NCBI GenBank assembly: GCA_963732385.1
Contig: CAVSZB010000007.1
Location: 512,001 to 576,000 of the forward strand
Length of the DNA: 64,000 nt
Reading direction: 5' to 3'
From: an uncultured bacterium
GTDB taxonomy: Bacteria; Krumholzibacteriota; Krumholzibacteriia; LZORAL124-64-63
Under the pieces are notes generated by a model. That model worked only from the letters and a program-made list of their open reading frames with translations, was not told where the DNA came from and did not search any database. Each line of letters starts with the position of its first letter. Position 1 is the first letter of the stretch. Positions 58,181-64,000 of this stretch are shown here, piece by piece. Both the position numbers and the translations under genes were made by a program.

Positions 58181-59017
58181 TCAGCGTGGCGCCTGACCCG
58201 GCACGAACTCCTTGAGCGACGCGTCGATCGAACCGACCTTGACCCTGGTCTTCATGAGCACCGGCAGTTTGCGGGCGTCATCGGTCAGCCAGATGGTCAG
58301 CTTGCCCTCGTGCTGGAACAGCCCCTCACCGATAATCACCGGTTCCACCACCAGACAGTCGAATTCCCCCGCCGGCACCTTCACCCTCTCCCGCCCGTGC
58401 ACGATGACCTCCAGCGGGTAGTTCTTGCGCGAACTGTGGGTATCGATGTGGTAGGTCCGGCCCGGTTCGAGCGCGAGGGTCCGCACATAGTAGAATGCCG
58501 AAAGCACATCGTGAATGCCCGGCATGGTATCAAAAATCCGCCCGTCGGCATAGTGCGCCTTGCCCGCCACCTGGTCGAACCGCACCTCGATGTTCTGCCG
58601 GTAGTCCCCCTCCCGCAACCGTTTGGCGAAATAGCGGGAGTAGAGGCGCGCCACATCAATGTGCGAAACCACCTTGTCCCGCACCATATAGAAGGCCGAA
58701 AAGAACCGGTTGGAGGTGGCGCGACTCTCGACCAGATAGCAGGGAAATCCGTCGGTCACGACCAGTCCCCGCACCTCCAGCGTCCCCTCGCCGGCGTTGA
58801 CCGGCCCATAGTCGATGGAGAAAACCAGCCGTTCGCCCGGCGCGAAAGGGGCCAGGGCCGCGGAATCCGGTACGGCCACCGCAGCCGGAAGACTATCGGC
58901 ACCAGCCGCCTCCGGGTCCGGCGGTTGCGCCGCTGTCGGCACCGCCCAGGTCGCCAGAAGCCACCACAGCGCCAGCAACGCCAAGGTTCGCCCCGGTCTC
59001 CGCTCCCCCCTGTTCAT
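58181..59017 (-). CDS. DUF3108-like exported protein
   Basis: Signal peptide, FAPGERLVF, DVLSAFYYVR, VKVPAGEF and IWLTDDARKLPV motifs. Confidence 0.8.
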   Translation of the reverse strand: MNRGERRPGRTLALLALWWLLATWAVPTAAQPPDPEAAGADSLPAAVAVPDSAALAPFAPGERLVFSIDYGPVNAGEGTLEVRGLVVTDGFPCYLVESRATSNRFFSAFYMVRDKVVSHIDVARLYSRYFAKRLREGDYRQNIEVRFDQVAGKAHYADGRIFDTMPGIHDVLSAFYYVRTLALEPGRTYHIDTHSSRKNYPLEVIVHGRERVKVPAGEFDCLVVEPVIIGEGLFQHEGKLTIWLTDDARKLPVLMKTRVKVGSIDASLKEFVPGQAPR

Positions 59018-60096
59018 ACGCCCGCCCCTTCCCGCCGCCGCACGCCATTCGCCACGGACCGCGCCAGCAGATTCTGCACCTTGTCCCAGACGAAAGGCCC
59101 GGTCAAGCCGGTCATGCAGGGATGGCCGGGGATCGGGCAGAATTTGAGATCGCAGGGCGAGCACGACTCGCCGGTCCGGGCAACAACATGGCGCGGATCC
59201 GCGGGGTTCCAACCGCGGGGATCGGTGGGACCGAACAGGGTCACGGTCGGCACCTCCAGCGCTGCGGCCAGATGCCGTGGGCCGCAGTCGGTGGCCACGA
59301 GCACATCGAGCGTGGCCAGCAGCGCCGCCAGTTCGACGAGTGTCGTGGGCGGCGCCACCTCCAACCCGGGCGCGGCGGCCCGGAAGTCCGCAACCAACCG
59401 CTCCTCGCCCGGACCCGGCACCAGCAGCACGGCCCCCCCCGCCGCCGCAGCTCGTGCCGCCAGTTCGACAGCCTGCGCCAGCGGCCACCCTTTCGCGGGC
59501 CAGGTTGCGCCAAGCGCGAGGCCGATCCGGGGACCGGATCGCTCCGCCCACGCGGCGACCCAGACCGCAAACAGCGAGCCGGGTGAGCCGCTGCGCGCGA
59601 CCGCGCCGACGGCGCGCCAGGGAGCGGGAGCCAGCCCCAGAGCCCGCAGCGGATCGAGGAACGCCTCCCCGGCGAAGGCGGCCAGCGGCGTCGCGCCGTC
59701 GCGGTTGCGCGGGACACGCACGTTGTAGGCCCAGGCGCGTCCCCGCAACTCGTAGCCGACCCGCAGCGGCGCACCGGTCAACGCCGTCCAGAGCGCCGTG
59801 CGCGGATTCCCAAGGTAATCGAACACCAGATCGTACCGCGCCGCGCGCAGCCGCTCGATCCACCGGGGCCGCTGTGCCCGCGGCGGCGGCCACGGCAGGA
59901 TCGTCAGCCCCGGCGCCAGGCCTGACAGCAGTTCGGCGAAGGGGCGGTCCACGACGAAATCGATACGGGCTTCGGGAAACGCCTCCGCCAGCCGCAAGAC
60001 AGCCGGCAGCGTAACCAGCGCATCCCCCAAAGCCCGCCGTCGGATCACGAGGATGCGACGCACGCGAGCGGGGTCGGTCGCCGGTCCGCCGGTCAC
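59014..60096 (-). CDS. GT9 heptosyltransferase-family protein
   Basis: ILVIRRRALGD, GATWPAKGW and DCGPRHLAAAL...LFGPT motifs. Confidence 0.9.
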   Translation of the reverse strand: MTGGPATDPARVRRILVIRRRALGDALVTLPAVLRLAEAFPEARIDFVVDRPFAELLSGLAPGLTILPWPPPRAQRPRWIERLRAARYDLVFDYLGNPRTALWTALTGAPLRVGYELRGRAWAYNVRVPRNRDGATPLAAFAGEAFLDPLRALGLAPAPWRAVGAVARSGSPGSLFAVWVAAWAERSGPRIGLALGATWPAKGWPLAQAVELAARAAAAGGAVLLVPGPGEERLVADFRAAAPGLEVAPPTTLVELAALLATLDVLVATDCGPRHLAAALEVPTVTLFGPTDPRGWNPADPRHVVARTGESCSPCDLKFCPIPGHPCMTGLTGPFVWDKVQNLLARSVANGVRRREGAGV

Positions 60097-61319
60097 GGCC
60101 CTCTCCCCGCGTCGCCCAGGAGGGCGAGCGCCGTGGCCGCCACCTCTTCCGACTGAAGCGCGGGCAGACAGATGAACTCCGCGCAGTCGTGCCGCCCGCA
60201 CGGATGGCAGGCGGGAGCGGTCGCCAACACCCGGTGTTCGCGCCGAGCGGAGTACGGGAACCAGATCGCCGGATTGCTGGGTCCGAACAGCGCAAGGGTC
60301 GGCCGACCCATCGCCACGGAGGCGTGCATGATGCCGCCATCCACGCTCACCAGCAGGGCCGCGGCTCCCACCACGCGCAGGACCTCCACCAGCGGGAGCG
60401 GCGGCAGCAGGCCTCCCCGGCCGGGCGGCACAGCGCCGCCCAGCGGCGCGTACACCCCCCCCCGCAGCGGTGGTGAAAGCAGTACGATGGGCCGCGACTG
60501 CTGCTCGGCCAGCAGCCGGACCAGTTGCTCCCAGCGCGCCACCGGCCACTCCTTGCTCGGCCAGGTGGCGCCGGGAGCGAGCAGCACGAAGCCGTCACCG
60601 CCGTTGACGCCAAGCGCGTCGAGAGCCTGACGCGCCGCACCCCACCCCAGCGGAGGACGGGCGATGCGCGGACGCGCCGGAGCAACCGCGTACTCCTGCC
60701 GGTACCACTCCAGGAACGGCAATCCGGTCGGTCCATGCCGTAGCGGCGCCAGACGCGACAGGTGATCGCCCAGGCCCCCCGGCGCAAGGCGCCGCAGCCG
60801 AGGGTCGGCGTCGATCGCTTCAGGCCCCGCCAGATGTGTGTAGAGCCGTCGGCGCCAGCCGGCCCGCCCCCCCACCCGGGCGCCGGCTCCGGAGAGGCGG
60901 AGCAGCAGGGCGCTGCGCGGGTTGAAGAGGAGATCGACGGCCAGATCGTAGCGGGCGGTCCGCAATTCCCGCACCATCCGATAGCCGCCGTGGGGCAGGC
61001 CGACGTGCGCCCCGTCGGCCGGCTCGTAATCCTCAGGCAGGACCGGCGCCACGGCGATCGTGCGCGGATCGGCGCTGAGCAGCCGTGCTCGTGCGTCCCC
61101 CGAGCGCCGCTGTGTCTTCAGCACATGCACGCGCCGCAGGGACGGCTGGCCCGCGAGCACCGGCGCGTGGGCCTCTTCGCAGAGGAAGCCGAGGTCGACC
61201 CGCGCATCGCCGCGGCGCAGCACCTCCGCCACGACGGTCGCCATCGCCACATCCCCGAGGTAGCGCAACCGCGTCACCAGGATCGCCACGAGCGGACGGT
61301 CGTCCAGCAGCCAGCTCAC
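60093..61319 (-). CDS. GT9 heptosyltransferase-family protein
   Basis: ILVTRLRYLGD, PGATWPSKEW and DGGIMH...LFGPS motifs. Confidence 0.9.
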   Translation of the reverse strand: MSWLLDDRPLVAILVTRLRYLGDVAMATVVAEVLRRGDARVDLGFLCEEAHAPVLAGQPSLRRVHVLKTQRRSGDARARLLSADPRTIAVAPVLPEDYEPADGAHVGLPHGGYRMVRELRTARYDLAVDLLFNPRSALLLRLSGAGARVGGRAGWRRRLYTHLAGPEAIDADPRLRRLAPGGLGDHLSRLAPLRHGPTGLPFLEWYRQEYAVAPARPRIARPPLGWGAARQALDALGVNGGDGFVLLAPGATWPSKEWPVARWEQLVRLLAEQQSRPIVLLSPPLRGGVYAPLGGAVPPGRGGLLPPLPLVEVLRVVGAAALLVSVDGGIMHASVAMGRPTLALFGPSNPAIWFPYSARREHRVLATAPACHPCGRHDCAEFICLPALQSEEVAATALALLGDAGRGP

Positions 61320-61918
61320 GTCTTCTCCCCGCTCAGGAGGCAGGATACCGCCTCGGCAAGGTCTGCCACGACGAGCACCGGATCACCGGGCGGGAGGTCG
61401 CGCGCCCGCGCCTCTCCCTTGCCGGTCAACACCAGAACGGCGCGCAGACCCGCAGTCCGCGCCAGTTCCGCATCCGAAAGTTTGTCCCCCACCAGCCAGG
61501 CGCGATCGGCCCGCCAGCGGAACCGGATCGCCGCCTCGTCCAACAGGCCCGGCCGCGGCTTGCGGCATGGACAGTTCTCCTGCGGCGCGTGAGGACAGTA
61601 GTAGAGCGCGTCGAGCCCGGCCCCGGCGGCGGCGAGTTCCGCATCGACGCAACGCTGCACCGCCGCGAAGTCCGCCTCACTGTAGTATCCGCGCCCAATG
61701 CCGGACTGATTGGACACTCCGATCAGCAGGTAACCGGCCGCGCGGGCGCGCGCCAGCGCCGTCGCCGAGCCGGGCAGCAGCCGCACTGCGGACGGATTTC
61801 CGGGGTAATCCGCGTCCGCGATGATCACGCCGTCCCGGTCGACGAACAAAGCCCGACCGTCCCGCCCCTCGCCCCCGACACCGGCCTCCCGACGCTCCTG
61901 CGGAAGCCACAGACTCAT
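61316..61918 (-). CDS. gmhB: D,D-heptose 1,7-bisphosphate phosphatase
   Basis: FVDRDGVI, SNQSGIGRG, CPH...CPCRKPRPG and VGDKLSD motifs. Confidence 0.92.
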   Translation of the reverse strand: MSLWLPQERREAGVGGEGRDGRALFVDRDGVIIADADYPGNPSAVRLLPGSATALARARAAGYLLIGVSNQSGIGRGYYSEADFAAVQRCVDAELAAAGAGLDALYYCPHAPQENCPCRKPRPGLLDEAAIRFRWRADRAWLVGDKLSDAELARTAGLRAVLVLTGKGEARARDLPPGDPVLVVADLAEAVSCLLSGEKT

Positions 61919-63021
61919 TGCTGCTCCCTGTTCGCCGTCGCGGCGAGCAGCGCCCGGGCACGGGCCAGCACCATCCCGGGCGTCACCGTTTCGAGGCAGA
62001 ACAACGGCTTCGGACAGCGGCGAAGATAGCAGGGCGAACAGGGGAATCCCTCGGCAGCGACGCACGCCACGCGCGCGCCGCGCGGCGCCGTCCAGGCAGG
62101 ACTCGTCGAGCCGAACAGCCCCACCGTCGATGTGCCGAGCGCCGCCGCCAGGTGCATGAGGCCGGAATCGTTGCCCACATAGAGGGCGCAGCCCCGCAAC
62201 AGGGCCACCACCTCGGGCAGGGAGGTGCGCCCCACGAGGTCGACCACGCCGGCCCCTCCCGCCAGCGTGTCCCGCCACGCAACGCCCCCCGCAGCCCTGG
62301 CAAGCGCCACCGCCGGACGCGCCGCCGCTTCGCCCAGCAACAGCACCCGGACCCCCTCCACGCCCACCGCCTCGGCGGCGAAGGCGGCGAGGTGACGCGG
62401 CGGCCAGCTCTTGGCGTCGCCGAAGGTGGCCCCCACCCCAAGCGCCCAGACCGGAGGTCCTCCCGCCAGTCTCGGGTCCGGAACCACCTCCACACAGGCC
62501 GGCAGCGACGGGCCTGGGCCCGCCCCGCTCCCCCCGGGCGACGGCCCGCCAACGGCGGCGAGCAGGACATCGGCCAGCTCAAGCATCTCCAGGCTGAAGT
62601 GCCGGGCGCCGCGCGGCGCCCGGGGCAGCGGGTGCGTCAGCAGGGCGCGCCGTCCATCCGAATCGAGCCCCACGCGGAGCGGAATTCCGGCCAGGCGGGC
62701 GGCCAGGGCCACACGCAGCGACGGCGGCATGAGCACCACCGCCTCCGTGCGCGCCGCGCGCCACAGCGAGGCCAGACGCGGCACCCCGAGGATCCCCCCG
62801 TGGCGTCCCTGGCGATCCCAGGAAAGCAGCTCATCGCAGCGCGGATCGCCGATAAACAGGGGAGCCCAGCGCGCGGGAAGGCTCAGCACTATCGACCACC
62901 CCGCGGTGCGCGCGGCGGCCAGACGTTCAAGCGCCGGGGTGGCCATGACCAGATCGCCGAGCCAGTTGGGCGCCACCACCAGCAGGCGCCGGCCGCGCGG
63001 CGGCCGCGCCGCGGAGCCCAT
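61915..63021 (-). CDS. waaF: LPS heptosyltransferase II
   Basis: APNWLGDLVMA, GATFGDAKSW, DLVGRTSL and NDSGLMHLAAALG motifs. Confidence 0.85.
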   Translation of the reverse strand: MGSAARPPRGRRLLVVAPNWLGDLVMATPALERLAAARTAGWSIVLSLPARWAPLFIGDPRCDELLSWDRQGRHGGILGVPRLASLWRAARTEAVVLMPPSLRVALAARLAGIPLRVGLDSDGRRALLTHPLPRAPRGARHFSLEMLELADVLLAAVGGPSPGGSGAGPGPSLPACVEVVPDPRLAGGPPVWALGVGATFGDAKSWPPRHLAAFAAEAVGVEGVRVLLLGEAAARPAVALARAAGGVAWRDTLAGGAGVVDLVGRTSLPEVVALLRGCALYVGNDSGLMHLAAALGTSTVGLFGSTSPAWTAPRGARVACVAAEGFPCSPCYLRRCPKPLFCLETVTPGMVLARARALLAATANREQQ

Positions 63022-63022
63022 T

Positions 63023-64000
63023 TCAGACCGCTCCCTCTCGCCGGGCCGCCGCCCCATCCGACGCCACAGCCCCTCGCCGGGCGACCCGGATACCGACCGC
63101 CTCCAGGGCCGCGAACAGCGCCTCCGCATCCACCCGCGCGCCCCGCGTCACCCGCAGCCCGCGCGCAGCGGGACGGCCCCGCGGCTCCCAGTCGGCGCCA
63201 TCCTCTTCGTTGAACAGCCCCACCGCCGGCACACCGAGCGACACCGCGAGGTGGAACAGATCGGTGTTGCCGCCGAGGAAAAGGTCACATTGCGACAGCA
63301 GCAGCGCCGTCTCCAGAAGATCGGCGCGCGGCAGAGCGGGGGGCGCGGCCGGCAAAGCCGCAGTGAGCTCTCGCACCCGCTCGCCGCCGTCGGCGGAGAG
63401 CGGCACAATCTGGCAGGAGAACTGCCCTAGCAACAGGGCGACCAGGAACTGCAGACTCGACAAAGCCAGCGGGGGACCGTTCTTCCCCGCACCGGGATCG
63501 ATGGCGACGAGCAGATCGTCAGGACGGTTCCGGTTGAAACGAACCAGCTGCCGCATCTGCCGCAGCCGCTCCTCCGGCAGCGGCCAACGCCAGCCGGGCA
63601 GCGGCGCCGGCAGCCCGAGCAGCGGCAGCGCCGCAGCGGGTCGGCTGCCGCGATAGGTCGCGTCGGCGGACCCGCGCCGGATCTCCAGGTTCACGGCCGG
63701 CCAGGCGTTCGCATGCGATGGCCCCAAACGCAAGGGCGCTCCGGTGGCCATCGCTACCCTGGCCAGGGCCGGCTGGGGATCGTTGCAGGCGATGATCGTC
63801 GCGTCATAATCTCCCGCCCGGACCGCCCGCAACAGCGGGAAAAAACCGCTGCGGAAGGGGCGCAACTGCGACGGACGATAGGTGAGGCAGGTCCGCGCCA
63901 GACCGCTCGCCGCCATGAACTGGGCGTGCCCCTCCGGCAGCAGCACATCCACCCGCAGGTCGGGCACCCCCGCCCGCAACCCGTGCAGCAGCGATCCGTG
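63023..64000 (-). CDS. Divergent GT9-family protein (5' end outside the window)
   Basis: LLSQCDLFLGGNTDLFHLAVSLGVPAVGLF C-terminal GT9 motif; frame open to the window edge. Confidence 0.75.
   Translation of the reverse strand, partial: HGSLLHGLRAGVPDLRVDVLLPEGHAQFMAASGLARTCLTYRPSQLRPFRSGFFPLLRAVRAGDYDATIIACNDPQPALARVAMATGAPLRLGPSHANAWPAVNLEIRRGSADATYRGSRPAAALPLLGLPAPLPGWRWPLPEERLRQMRQLVRFNRNRPDDLLVAIDPGAGKNGPPLALSSLQFLVALLLGQFSCQIVPLSADGGERVRELTAALPAAPPALPRADLLETALLLSQCDLFLGGNTDLFHLAVSLGVPAVGLFNEEDGADWEPRGRPAARGLRVTRGARVDAEALFAALEAVGIRVARRGAVASDGAAARREGAV

Overview
High-GC chromosomal window from a diderm (LPS-making) bacterium. The gene content (fused lpxC-fabZ, bacillithiol genes, mcsA-mcsB-clpC, Minf_1886 family) suggests an uncultured FCB-superphylum lineage; this is inference only. 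I call 60 genes, 58 on the minus strand, mostly in tightly coupled operons. In transcription order (high to low coordinate): LPS core/glycan cluster (four GT9, gmhB, DUF3108-like, deoxyhypusine-synthase-like, GT-C, sugar transferase, acpS); PhzF-family and acyl-CoA dehydrogenase; an 8-gene cluster of unknown function built around an orphan GlmL/MutL-type ATPase and several membrane proteins (44770-51623); TPR-aroQ-efp-accB; pilT-like ATPase; a 1.2-kb IS1-like element with 20-bp inverted repeats; accC-ftsK-rimO-hyp-bamD-nadD-polA-coaE-prfB (+1 frameshift)-lysS-lolC/E-lolD-mcsA-mcsB; clpC; bamA-skp-lpxD-lpxC/fabZ-lpxA-lpxB-DUF374-lpxK; nadB-methyltransferase-bshC-bshB1-bshA; Minf_1886-tolQ-tolR-tolA-tolB. 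The best candidate for an undescribed system is the GlmL-like ATPase/membrane cluster. It is preceded by a sigma-28-like motif (CTCAAG-N14/15-[CG/GC]CGAT) that also occurs upstream of clpC, the pilT-like gene and an orphan lipoprotein. All calls come from reading motifs by eye; no database searches were run, and start codons are best estimates.
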